Positions 7,869-16,636 of a stretch of DNA of 64,000 nucleotides are shown piece by piece. Source of the stretch: Bacteroidales bacterium (GTDB lineage Bacteria > Bacteroidota > Bacteroidia > Bacteroidales > WCHB1-69). Position numbers and translations under genes: made by a program. The notes below the pieces were generated by a model that was not told where the DNA came from, ran no database searches, and worked only from the letters and a program-made list of their open reading frames with translations. Location: NCBI GenBank assembly GCA_017395245.1, contig JAFPVR010000091.1:17072-81071 (forward strand), in the 5' to 3' direction. Position 1 is the stretch's first letter; each line of letters opens with the position of its first letter.

Positions 7869-8040
7869 CCGCGCACTGTTGGCCGCAGCCAAGGGACAGG
7901 GCTCGGAGTGGCTTGTGGTGGCCGCCGGCGGGCGCATCGTCCGTGCGAGCAAAGACAGGAAAATCCTCGCCCGCTTCGCCACCCACGTGCCGGAATGGCG
8001 GGTGGTGAGCGTGGAAGAGTATGAACGGAAATACAACTAA
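7855..8040 (+). CDS. Hypothetical protein
   Basis: ORF preceded by GGAAGGAGG 4 nt upstream of the ATG. Confidence 0.45.
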   Translation: MESINRALLAAAKGQGSEWLVVAAGGRIVRASKDRKILARFATHVPEWRVVSVEEYERKYN

Positions 8041-8052
8041 AAACAAACAGCT

Positions 8053-8868
8053 ATGGAGAAACACCAGCCCAACAAAACGGAAGAAAACCGTCCGATGATG
8101 AGGATGTACATGAGAGACGGCAAATACTTCATATCCGGAAACACGCTGACAACGGATCTGCTGATGCAGGAAGGCGCCGAAAACGCGGAGCTGCGTCACA
8201 ATCTGTCAGGCAACCCCTACATCAGCTTCGGCACGGCCGATCGCTACAAGACGGAGGGCGAGATGGAAGCCCGGAACGGGTACCGCGTGATCAAGACGGG
8301 TCCCAAAAGACTCGGGTTCTCGCGAAAGAAACTCATTCTCGACATCCTCGACGAATTCGAGCTCAGCCACGACGTCGTCAAGGCGGACTTATACCTGCAG
8401 CTGAAATCCGAGGAGAACACTGATCCCGACGCGGTTCTCGACTTCGCCATCGACCGGGTGGCGGTCATCGAGGAGGAAGGCGGGAGCAAAAAGCAGGAAA
8501 CGCCTCAGGTGGATCCTGTTCCGGAGACAAAGGCTGAAGCCGAGAAGCCCACACATGCGTCGGCGATGGAGTCCGTTGCCGTTGTCGATACTCGCGAGAG
8601 AGGCGAAGACACTTCCGACATCTGGATGAAGGTGCTCTACACCGACAACGGGTTCGTCATCCGGGACGACGTCGGCATCATGACCTCGAAAGAATGTGCC
8701 GGCGACGAGTTGGGCGAAGTGCTGTCGAAGGAACTCGGATCCGAAATCCTTGGTGAAATCGAGCACATCGACGAACTCAAAGTCAACAGCTTTAAGAATT
8801 ACCTCGGATGGAAGGTGAGCGTGCACATCGAGCCCATTGAGTACGGACGACAGTTCTTTGAGAATTAG
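8053..8868 (+). CDS. Hypothetical early protein
   Basis: 271-aa ORF; no motif recognised. Confidence 0.55.
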   Translation: MEKHQPNKTEENRPMMRMYMRDGKYFISGNTLTTDLLMQEGAENAELRHNLSGNPYISFGTADRYKTEGEMEARNGYRVIKTGPKRLGFSRKKLILDILDEFELSHDVVKADLYLQLKSEENTDPDAVLDFAIDRVAVIEEEGGSKKQETPQVDPVPETKAEAEKPTHASAMESVAVVDTRERGEDTSDIWMKVLYTDNGFVIRDDVGIMTSKECAGDELGEVLSKELGSEILGEIEHIDELKVNSFKNYLGWKVSVHIEPIEYGRQFFEN

Positions 8869-8903
8869 ATTCGAGATACAATCACCAAATAAAACCAAAC
8901 AAT

Positions 8904-9203
8904 ATGAAAGAAAAAATCAAAGTTATCAGAATGGTTTGCGGAATGCTCCGGAAGAAAAACACCGGCATCATCTTATGCAGAGACTCAAAAAACAGTCTGT
9001 TTTATGCCAATGGAGAAGGCAAAGACATAGCTGTAGAGATAGCGGAAGCTATGGGTAAAGATAAAAATATTCGCGAGGTTTTTGCTTCCGGTGTGCTTGT
9101 TCGCATACTCGCAGATGGATCCGTACCAGTCCTGAATGAATCAGGGTTGCTCGATCTGAAAAAAATCTTGGAAAAGACTATTGCGGAAGGAGGGGCGAGA
9201 TGA
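8904..9203 (+). CDS. Hypothetical protein
   Basis: ORF only. Confidence 0.5.
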   Translation: MKEKIKVIRMVCGMLRKKNTGIILCRDSKNSLFYANGEGKDIAVEIAEAMGKDKNIREVFASGVLVRILADGSVPVLNESGLLDLKKILEKTIAEGGAR

Positions 9204-9598
9204 AACAGTTCGACATCGAGAAAGCGAAGAACGGGGCGGCCGTGTGCCTGCGCGACGGCACCCCGGTGAAGATCCTGGACTTCGACTACAACGGAAATAT
9301 TCTGTACGAAATCGTACGACACGGAATAAAGAATCACTGGATTGCGAATAATGAAGGCGTATGTATCGATCCGTTCGATGACATTTTATATATGGCCCCC
9401 GTGTACGGCTTTATGAACGTGTACAAGAACGAAGCAAACATGATATTGGTCGGCGGAGTGGTTCGCGCCACGCTGGAAGAGTGCATCGGAGCCGGGAAGG
9501 ACGCACCCATGGAGAACCTGGAATGGTTCTGCCACGCACGGGTGGAGCTGCTGGACGAGGGGGAAGAGGAAGAGAGAATCCGTCGCCATGATCAATGA
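9200..9598 (+). CDS. Hypothetical protein
   Basis: ORF with an ATGA overlap and an upstream GGAAGGAGG. Confidence 0.55.
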   Translation: MKQFDIEKAKNGAAVCLRDGTPVKILDFDYNGNILYEIVRHGIKNHWIANNEGVCIDPFDDILYMAPVYGFMNVYKNEANMILVGGVVRATLEECIGAGKDAPMENLEWFCHARVELLDEGEEEERIRRHDQ

Positions 9599-10064
9599 CG
9601 GAAAACCCATATTGGACGCGGCATGCGGAAGCAGGATGTTCTGGTTCGACAAAGACAACCCGCTGGTCGATTTCCAGGACATCAGAGACGAGACGTGCAT
9701 GCTGAGCGACGGGCAGACGTGCATCGTGAGTCCGAACATCATCGGCGACTTCACCTCCATGGCCATGCCGGACAAAAGCTACAAACTCGTGGTGTGGGAC
9801 CCTCCGCACCTGGTGTGGGCAGGCAAAGCCAGTAACCTCTACAAGATGTTCGGAAAACTCAACGACTGGCATGTCGATTTGAAAAAAGGGTTCGACGAAT
9901 GCATGCGGGTTCTTGACGACTACGGTGTGCTGATTTTCAAATGGTCAGACACACAACTGAAGGTCAAGACCGTCATCAAGGCCATAGGTCAGGCACCGCT
10001 GTTCGGACACAAGACCAGCCGACACTGCATTTGGATGGCGTATATGAAGATACCACAAGAATAA
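9588..10064 (+). CDS. Putative SAM-dependent nucleic-acid (N6-A/N4-C type) methyltransferase, orphan
   Basis: Motif I-like LDAACGSRMF followed by a catalytic-type VVWDPPH (DPPH) motif. No adjacent endonuclease. Confidence 0.6.
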   Translation: MINDGKPILDAACGSRMFWFDKDNPLVDFQDIRDETCMLSDGQTCIVSPNIIGDFTSMAMPDKSYKLVVWDPPHLVWAGKASNLYKMFGKLNDWHVDLKKGFDECMRVLDDYGVLIFKWSDTQLKVKTVIKAIGQAPLFGHKTSRHCIWMAYMKIPQE

Positions 10065-10090
10065 ATCATTCACCAATAAAAATCAGAATT

Positions 10091-10381
10091 ATGGAAAAAA
10101 ACATGAACTTCGGCGGTGCGATAACCGCCTTGAAACAAGGAAAGAAAGTGACACGCAAAGGATGGAACGGGAAAGGAATGTTCCTCTGGCTGAAACAAGG
10201 CAACACGATCGAGTCGTCGTGGTGCAAGGACCCGATGCTTAAGAGCATCTGCGACGCGAACGGAGGCAAAACGGAAGGCCTGCCGACCGTCTGCATGAAG
10301 ACCGCCGACAACAAGGTGCTCACGGGTTGGCTTGCCTCGCAGACCGACATGCTGTCGGAAGACTGGGAGGTCGTTGAATAA
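10091..10381 (+). CDS. DUF2829-family protein (Tad2-like candidate)
   Basis: MNFGGAITALKQGKKVTRKGWNGKGMFLWL... is the characteristic DUF2829 N-terminus. Confidence 0.65.
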   Translation: MEKNMNFGGAITALKQGKKVTRKGWNGKGMFLWLKQGNTIESSWCKDPMLKSICDANGGKTEGLPTVCMKTADNKVLTGWLASQTDMLSEDWEVVE

Positions 10382-10403
10382 GACGAGGAAGGAGGCAACG
10401 GAC

Positions 10404-10817
10404 ATGATTGAAATCGTAAAATTAGAGGAAGTCACGCCGACCGCGAGCGGCGTGAGTGCCAGGACCGGAAATGCCTGGCAGAAGAACGAGATTGTGGTGC
10501 TCACCACCGGCGATTGGCAGAAGCGTTTCCGCCTCACCTGCTTCGGCGACGTGTGCGCCAAGGCGGCGGCCATCGAGCCCGGCACCATGGTGCGGGTGCA
10601 ATTCAGCATCGAGCAGCGCGAGATCCCTGCCAATGGCGACCGCGCTGCCTTCTGGGTGAACGACGTGAACTGCCACGGCATCACCCCGTACGTGGCGCAG
10701 CCCCTGCAGGCGCAATACGTTCCCGCGCAAGCGGCACCCGCCCCGTCGCAGCTGCCGCCCACACAGGCGAACATACCGTTCTCACCCCAATCGAAAAACT
10801 ACGGGATGCCCTACTGA
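10404..10817 (+). CDS. DUF3127-like (OB-fold/SSB-like) protein with a Q/P/A-rich tail
   Basis: ...SARTGNAWQKNEIVVLT...RFRLTCFGD...VRVQFSIEQREI...FWVNDVNCHGI resembles the DUF3127 pattern. Confidence 0.55.
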   Translation: MIEIVKLEEVTPTASGVSARTGNAWQKNEIVVLTTGDWQKRFRLTCFGDVCAKAAAIEPGTMVRVQFSIEQREIPANGDRAAFWVNDVNCHGITPYVAQPLQAQYVPAQAAPAPSQLPPTQANIPFSPQSKNYGMPY

Positions 10818-11017
10818 CCTTGACACTTAGCGTAATAGAGAACCGCTCTGCAGATATAGTCGCTTTTGCTGCCGGTAACGGCTTCCAGGATATCGACAAC
10901 TTCCTGGGTGGCGCACACCGCGTATTTCTTAGCGGTGGTGGCCTTACGCCCGGCACCTTCGCGCCGTCCGCCCCGGTTCTCCGTCTTCGTGATCTGATCT
11001 TTGTCCATACTATTCAT
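10811..11017 (-). CDS. Small basic protein, possible DNA-binding regulator
   Basis: MNSMDKDQITKTENRGGRREGAGRK...; the only leftward gene in the early region. Confidence 0.4.
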   Translation of the reverse strand: MNSMDKDQITKTENRGGRREGAGRKATTAKKYAVCATQEVVDILEAVTGSKSDYICRAVLYYAKCQGQ

Positions 11018-11321
11018 AATTTTGGTATTTTTGCAGCCTCGAAAACCCAAAGAGGGAAAAGGGGGAGGGTCAGTCCCCCTTTGCTCCCGTTTAGAAAATC
11101 CCAACCTCAAAGGTTATCATCATTTTCCAAACTTTCAAAGAAATTCGTAGTTTCATTTTTCTTTGGGTTTTCGTTTTTCCTACTCTTTACCGTTTTCGGA
11201 TTCCCGTGTCGTTCATCCCTGAAAGACATGGCAAAGATACAAAATATTTTGATATAATACGTATTTTTTCAAAATAAAGTTATCAACAATTTCAGTTCAA
11301 CTTATTAACAGTCATAATATT

Positions 11322-11738
11322 ATGGAAGTATCAGATTTAAAAATAGGCGATTGGGTGAACAGCACAGATGAGGCTTTTCCTGTTGTAGTCCAAGCCATTC
11401 ACAACCAAGATGATGTAGAAGTTTCCGATGATATAGACAATGATAGCTGGAGGATGAAGTCTATTCTCGACATTGAACCGATTCCTATTTCCGGGGAAAT
11501 ATTGGAACAGAACGGATGGAAGCACTTCGGTAAAGATAACAAAAAACTCGATTTTCACAACATGGAGCATTGGCTGTTGGACAAATGCGAAGCGTGGAGG
11601 CTGGACGACAACACGATTCTGAATTTCCGGATAATATCTAACGATCACCATACTCAGTACGTCGGAAAAATCCAATACGTCCACGAGCTTCAACACGCTT
11701 TACAACTCGTCGGTATAGAGAACGGAATTGAGCTATAG
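11322..11738 (+). CDS. Hypothetical protein (low GC)
   Basis: ORF only. Confidence 0.5.
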   Translation: MEVSDLKIGDWVNSTDEAFPVVVQAIHNQDDVEVSDDIDNDSWRMKSILDIEPIPISGEILEQNGWKHFGKDNKKLDFHNMEHWLLDKCEAWRLDDNTILNFRIISNDHHTQYVGKIQYVHELQHALQLVGIENGIEL

Positions 11739-11747
11739 GACATACAA

Positions 11748-14700
11748 ATGATCACCAAGGAAACCATAGACGCCATCAAGTACCACGCCGACATCGTCAG
11801 TGTGGCAAACGGCCTCGGACTGAACCTGAAAAAACAAGGCCGCCTTTATGCCGCCGTGTGCCCGTTTCATGACGACCACGACCCGTCGCTGAAAATAAAC
11901 CCGCAGACCGGCAGTTACAACTGCTACGTATGTGGCGCACACGGCGACGTGTTCGACCTGGTGATGAAGCTCCGCAACTGCGACTTCATCGAGGCCGCCA
12001 AAGAGCTGGCCAGACAGTACGGCGTGGAAATCCGGGATGACCGTAAGCCGCAGGATCCGGAAAGGGAACAGCGCAGGAAATCCTACGAGGAAGCAATGAA
12101 GGTAGCCACGGAATGGTTTCAGGAACAATTATGGGCGTTTATGGAACAACCTGCGTCCCCGCAGGTTGATAAGGAACCGGCCGCCGAAGGTGTAGAGACG
12201 CAAAATGTTGCGTCTCCAAAGAACCGACGCTCGGAGGCGTCGGCTCCTACACCTCTCGATTATGCCCTTGACCGCTTCAAGGAAGAGACCCTGAAGGCCT
12301 GGCAGATCGGCTACGCGCCTGAGGGGTGGAGCGGTCTCAAAGACCACCTCCGCAGCAAGGGCGTGGATGAAGCCATGGCCATTGAGCTCGGACTGCTGAA
12401 GCGCAACGAGAAAGGAAGCGTGTATGACATTTTCCGAGGACGGCTCATGTTCCCGATCCGCGACGTAAGAGGGAAGGTCATCGCCTTCTCCGGGCGCGAC
12501 CTCACGGGAGCCGCAGCCGAAAAGAAGACCGGAAAGTATGTGAACAGTCCGGAAACGCCACTCTACAAGAAATCCATGACTCTGATGGGCCTCGACGTTG
12601 CGCTGCCCGCCATCCGCAAGTACGACGTGTGCGTGTTGGTGGAAGGCAACGCCGACGTCATCCACATGCACCAGATCGGTGTCCACAATGTGGTGGCCGC
12701 CTGCGGAACCGCCCTCACCGACGGGCACATCGAGCAGATAAGCCGGTTCACCCAAAACATCGCACTGCTCTACGACAGCGACACCGCAGGACGCAACGCG
12801 GCCGAACGGTCTGCCCAGCTCATCACCGACAAAGGGCTGAACGCCATCATCCTAACCATCCCCGACGACGAAAACGGTCTCAAGCAGGATCCTGACACTT
12901 TTTTCAAAAGCACCGCCCAGTTCAAGGAGTTCTACAATTCCTACAAAAAGAGCTACTGGACACTGTTGGCGGAGATGAAGGCGGAGAACTGTGAAAACGA
13001 CGAGATGTACCGCGCCCGAACCATGAAGGAAATCGCCAGTCTTTTCTACAAACGCGGTGACAGCGAGACGGCCACCATCGTGGACGAACTTTCGAAAATC
13101 ATCGGCAAGAAAGCGGTCTGGAACAAGACCATCAAGGAACTGAAGGACGGCGACCGGGAGAAGGAGCGCGAAAAAGCCTACAACGAACGCAGCGCGGAAC
13201 AAAACGAGATGTTCACCAAGTACGGTTTCTACGTTCGCGATCACTGCTACTGGTTTCACTCCCTCAAGGGCGAGGGTATGTTCCAGGGCAGCAACTTCGA
13301 TCTGAAGCCATTGTTCCATATCGAGAGCACCGTGAACGCCAAGCGGCTTTACGAAATCACCAACACCTACGGCGTCACCAAGGTGCTGGAGTTTCCACAG
13401 AAAGACCTCATATCACTGTCGGCGTTCAAGCTTCGGTGCGAGAGCCTCGGCAACTTCCTCTTCGACGGCGGCGAAACCGGCCTGGCCAAGATCAAACAGT
13501 ACCTCTACGAGAAGACCGAGAGCTGCAAGGAAATCACCCAGCTCGGATGGCAGAAGGAGGGTTTCTTCGCCTGGAGCAACGGCATTGTGAGCGACGGCGA
13601 GTTCAAGCCGGTGGACAACCATGGAATAGCACGACACGACGATGAAAACTACTACATTCCAGCACTTTCTTCATTCTATGCAAAGGATGAGACACTCTTC
13701 CAATTCGAGCGCAAGTTTAGGCACAACCCCGACAGCTGCCGTCCGATGAACGAATGGTGGATCCTGTTCTCGACGGTTTATGGGGTCAACGCCGTTGCCG
13801 GACTCGGATTCTATGCGGCCACACTCTTCAAAGACCATATCCGTACCCGTGAAGGCTTTTTCCCAATCTATAACATCTTCGGTGTTAAAGGATCCGGAAA
13901 GTCGGAGATGGCGCAAAGTCTGCTTCAGCTGTTCGGTTCTTTGCCGAAAGGCATCAACATGACAACCTCCACCTTACCCGCGATGGCCGACCATGTGTCG
14001 CAGACTGCCAACGCCCTCTGCCACATCGACGAATACAAGAACTCCGTAGAGTATGAGAAAGTGGAGTTCCTGAAAGGGTTGTGGGACAACGTTGGCCGCA
14101 GCCGCATGAATATGGATAAGGATAAAAAGAAGGAGATGACCGCTGTGGATTGTGGCGTGATGCTCACCGGACAGGAGATGCCCACCGCCGATATCGCACT
14201 CTTCAGCCGCGTTATCTTCACGCGCTTCAGCAAGACAGGGTTCAGCGAGGAAGAACGTGCTCTGTTCAATCGATTGAAGGAAATGGAGAAACAGGGACTC
14301 ACCTGCATCACCAATGAAATTGTATCACGACGAAAGGAATTCATCGAGCGGTATGAGGCCAACCGAGACCCGGTGTATGAGGATATGGCGCGGACGGTGG
14401 ACAAAAGCCGTTTCGAAGACCGCATCTGGCGCAACTGGGCCATAATGGTATGTGCAGTCAGATCGCTGCTCGATCTTTTCCGGATTGACCTTAGCTATAC
14501 CTACGCCCTCAAGGAGATGTGCAAGATGATGGAGGAGCAGCAGAAGGAGACCCTAAAGGAGAACGAGACCGCCGTGTTCTGGAACAAGTTCTCGTTCCTG
14601 GCCAGCGACATGCAGATAGAGGAAGGATACGACTATGTGCTGCAGTGGCGCAACGATCTGAAGACCGACAGGATTAACATGAACGGGGACACGGCAAAAG

Positions 14701-15008
14701 CCATTCACGTGCTGGCCATCGACACCAAACGCATTTTCCCGCTCTATCTCAAACGTTGTCGCGACGACGGTGTGAAGCCGCTGCCAGAACCATCCATGAT
14801 GTTCTACCTGAAGAACTCCCCAGAATTTCTCGGCGTATGGCCAAAGAAGGTGAAACTGCGCACCGACCGTATGCAAGGAGACAAAATACACAACGACATT
14901 GACAAGGGGATTATGATTAAGACCGTTAAAAAAGATCTGTTGGCTTTCGATTATGAGAAACTACATCTCGAAATTGATACTGAATGGGATTATGTAACTG
15001 AACTATAA
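11748..15008 (+). CDS. Bifunctional DNA primase (CHC2 zinc finger + TOPRIM) fused to a P-loop NTPase/helicase-like domain
   Basis: Zinc finger CPFHDDHDPSLKINPQTGSYNCYVCGAHGDVFDLV. TOPRIM VLVEGNADVIHMH...LYDSDTAGRNAA. Walker A FGVKGSGKSE and a later HIDEY. Confidence 0.9.
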   Translation: MITKETIDAIKYHADIVSVANGLGLNLKKQGRLYAAVCPFHDDHDPSLKINPQTGSYNCYVCGAHGDVFDLVMKLRNCDFIEAAKELARQYGVEIRDDRKPQDPEREQRRKSYEEAMKVATEWFQEQLWAFMEQPASPQVDKEPAAEGVETQNVASPKNRRSEASAPTPLDYALDRFKEETLKAWQIGYAPEGWSGLKDHLRSKGVDEAMAIELGLLKRNEKGSVYDIFRGRLMFPIRDVRGKVIAFSGRDLTGAAAEKKTGKYVNSPETPLYKKSMTLMGLDVALPAIRKYDVCVLVEGNADVIHMHQIGVHNVVAACGTALTDGHIEQISRFTQNIALLYDSDTAGRNAAERSAQLITDKGLNAIILTIPDDENGLKQDPDTFFKSTAQFKEFYNSYKKSYWTLLAEMKAENCENDEMYRARTMKEIASLFYKRGDSETATIVDELSKIIGKKAVWNKTIKELKDGDREKEREKAYNERSAEQNEMFTKYGFYVRDHCYWFHSLKGEGMFQGSNFDLKPLFHIESTVNAKRLYEITNTYGVTKVLEFPQKDLISLSAFKLRCESLGNFLFDGGETGLAKIKQYLYEKTESCKEITQLGWQKEGFFAWSNGIVSDGEFKPVDNHGIARHDDENYYIPALSSFYAKDETLFQFERKFRHNPDSCRPMNEWWILFSTVYGVNAVAGLGFYAATLFKDHIRTREGFFPIYNIFGVKGSGKSEMAQSLLQLFGSLPKGINMTTSTLPAMADHVSQTANALCHIDEYKNSVEYEKVEFLKGLWDNVGRSRMNMDKDKKKEMTAVDCGVMLTGQEMPTADIALFSRVIFTRFSKTGFSEEERALFNRLKEMEKQGLTCITNEIVSRRKEFIERYEANRDPVYEDMARTVDKSRFEDRIWRNWAIMVCAVRSLLDLFRIDLSYTYALKEMCKMMEEQQKETLKENETAVFWNKFSFLASDMQIEEGYDYVLQWRNDLKTDRINMNGDTAKAIHVLAIDTKRIFPLYLKRCRDDGVKPLPEPSMMFYLKNSPEFLGVWPKKVKLRTDRMQGDKIHNDIDKGIMIKTVKKDLLAFDYEKLHLEIDTEWDYVTEL
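12192..12217. repeat. REP-like palindrome copy 2, inside the primase CDS (in frame)
   Basis: GTAGAGACGCAAAATGTTGCGTCTCC, translated as ..GVETQNVASPK.. Confidence 0.8.
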
Positions 15009-15010
15009 CT

Positions 15011-15314
15011 CCGGTTCTAAAAGTTCCGACCAAAGCAACCCTGCAGACCCGCCTTATCTGGCGGGCTTTTTTTTGCCCGGGATGGAATGTTAGAAAAAAA
15101 ATCAAAAACTTTCCAGCAAAAAACGGCCCGAACTTTTCGAACCATTAGAACCGTTTATAAATCAGCGAATTAAATAAAAAACAGGCTCCGAACTTTTCCG
15201 AACTTTTAGAACCACCAGAACCTTTCCGAACCGCTTTCGAACCAGTTTTTTCTATTCATGGCATTGAATATCAGTGATTTAATTTTTGGTTCAGTCGGTT
15301 CGAAAAGTTCGGAG
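15011..15314. repeat. Iteron cluster (CCGAACTTTTCGAACC and GAACC half-sites in both orientations), a candidate replication origin
   Basis: Copies at 15012-15029, 15129-15144, 15188-15214 and 15298-15313, plus at least 5 extra (A/C)GAACC half-sites. Confidence 0.5.
15048..15074 (+). terminator. Rho-independent terminator after the primase gene
   Basis: CCCGCC-ttatct-GGCGGG followed by a T8 run. Confidence 0.7.
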
Positions 15315-15448
15315 GAAAATATCCCCTCTCGGAAATAATCAGAAAATTTTTCCGACGAAAAAAAATACCAACACTTAAACTTTTACTTCAAGTAATACGC
15401 GCAACAATCCATAAAATTGTTATCTTTGCCGAACTAAACGAGGCTTCG

Positions 15449-15476
15449 ATAACCTATAACCCATAACCCATAACCA
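15449..15476 (+). repeat. ATAACCN heptad array A (4 units)
   Basis: ATAACCT ATAACCC ATAACCC ATAACCA, ending 8 nt before GTG 15485. Confidence 0.9.
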
Positions 15477-15484
15477 TTACAACA

Positions 15485-16072
15485 GTGGAGTGCTACAGCG
15501 TTGACATGAGAGTGGATTCGTTGGTGAAGCGGTGGATGGACCGCAACTTCAAGACCGACCACGGACGCTACCGCTTCGGCGACAGTTGCTACTATGGCCT
15601 GGTGAGTGCCATGCTGTGCCAGTCGCCGAGGGTGGGCAACCCCGCTGTGGTCCCCGACAAATACGCCCGCTTCGTGCCGGTGAAAGTCTGCATAACCGAA
15701 TACGACTTCTACCATTACGGCTGGGAAGTGAGCATCACTCAGGAGCTCCGCTTTTCCCGCCTGGTGCGCAACATTCTCATAGACGAATGCCTGCGTAGCG
15801 CGGCCATGCTCCGCGCACGTTACGACATTCCCCTGTCGCAGGCCATCAACAGCTTCACCGTCTGGTACGGTCTCACCGATGACGACGTGAATCCCGACAC
15901 CCTTCGCAAGACGTACCAGCGCAAATACAAGTCCGTGGAAGAGGACTACCGTGCCTTCGACCGTGCCGCCGTCACCGACTTCGGCAGGTTGGATGCCGAT
16001 CCGCCTCAGCGGCATCTGCGCTTGCACAAATCCCGGTACCGGGATCCTCACCATTTGAATCTTTCCTTTTAA
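15485..16072 (+). CDS. Hypothetical protein (GTG start; alternative ATG at 15506)
   Basis: ORF. A TATCTTTG -7 box lies at 15421-15428. Confidence 0.5.
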   Translation: MECYSVDMRVDSLVKRWMDRNFKTDHGRYRFGDSCYYGLVSAMLCQSPRVGNPAVVPDKYARFVPVKVCITEYDFYHYGWEVSITQELRFSRLVRNILIDECLRSAAMLRARYDIPLSQAINSFTVWYGLTDDDVNPDTLRKTYQRKYKSVEEDYRAFDRAAVTDFGRLDADPPQRHLRLHKSRYRDPHHLNLSF

Positions 16073-16094
16073 TAACCAATACAACAAACTGAAT

Positions 16095-16544
16095 ATGAAA
16101 GATATAAAAAGAGCATGTTATATTGATAAGAAACCAGGAATCAGCAGACTTTGGTACGTCTCCGTGGAGGAGGTGCAGTCGTTGGCCTTCACTGCCGAGG
16201 ACACCGTCTCCGTCACCCTGAAGCCCGGCGGCCGGTGGGGCGAAATCCACGGCAAGCGCACTACCGCCGCCAGCGACTGGGACCGCCGATTCGACAACCG
16301 CATCCAGACCACGCTTCCCGGTTGGACGATGCAGGACGCCGTAGGCATCGGCCGTCTCGTCCATGGCCGCTACTTGGTGAAATGGACCGACCATGCTGGC
16401 GACACCCGGCTGTGCGGCTACGGCGAGCCGCTGCATTTGGCCATTGCGCAGACCGCACCCGAGACCCCTGCGGAATACCAGGGCATCATGCTCACCTTCA
16501 GTTGCGAGAGCGAGTTCGGTTTTCTGAAATTAGTTGAAATTTGA
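16095..16544 (+). CDS. Hypothetical protein
   Basis: ORF only. Confidence 0.5.
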   Translation: MKDIKRACYIDKKPGISRLWYVSVEEVQSLAFTAEDTVSVTLKPGGRWGEIHGKRTTAASDWDRRFDNRIQTTLPGWTMQDAVGIGRLVHGRYLVKWTDHAGDTRLCGYGEPLHLAIAQTAPETPAEYQGIMLTFSCESEFGFLKLVEI

Positions 16545-16563
16545 AATTTTCAACTACCAACAA

Positions 16564-16614
16564 ATCAGCGTCTTGCATTGTCCCAACAGTTTTTCGCGCC
16601 CCGTAGTATTTTTG
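16564..16614 (+). promoter_or_regulatory. Phage promoter motif copy 1 (ATCAGCGTCTTGCATTGTCCCAAC-N19-TATTTTTG)
   Basis: Shares a 24-bp identical block with 22866-22889, at a fixed 19-nt distance from the -7 box. Confidence 0.55.
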
Positions 16615-16636
16615 CGGCCGAAAAACTTTACAGACG

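Noticed and set aside
11026-11095. Small plus-strand RNA (TATTTTTG box at 11026-11033 followed by the hairpin AAGGGGGAG..TCCCCCTT) antisense to the leader of the leftward gene 10811-11017
   Set aside because: The -7-like box directly abuts the leftward gene's start codon and no upstream promoter element is evident. The evidence is too thin to call a feature, although it could be checked with strand-specific RNA-seq.
15011-15480. CRISPR array or other spacer-repeat structure, here and at the other repeat clusters
   Set aside because: The repeats here are short (5-16 bp), irregularly spaced and in both orientations. The REP palindromes are dispersed singletons. The heptad arrays have no spacers. 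No cas genes are present.
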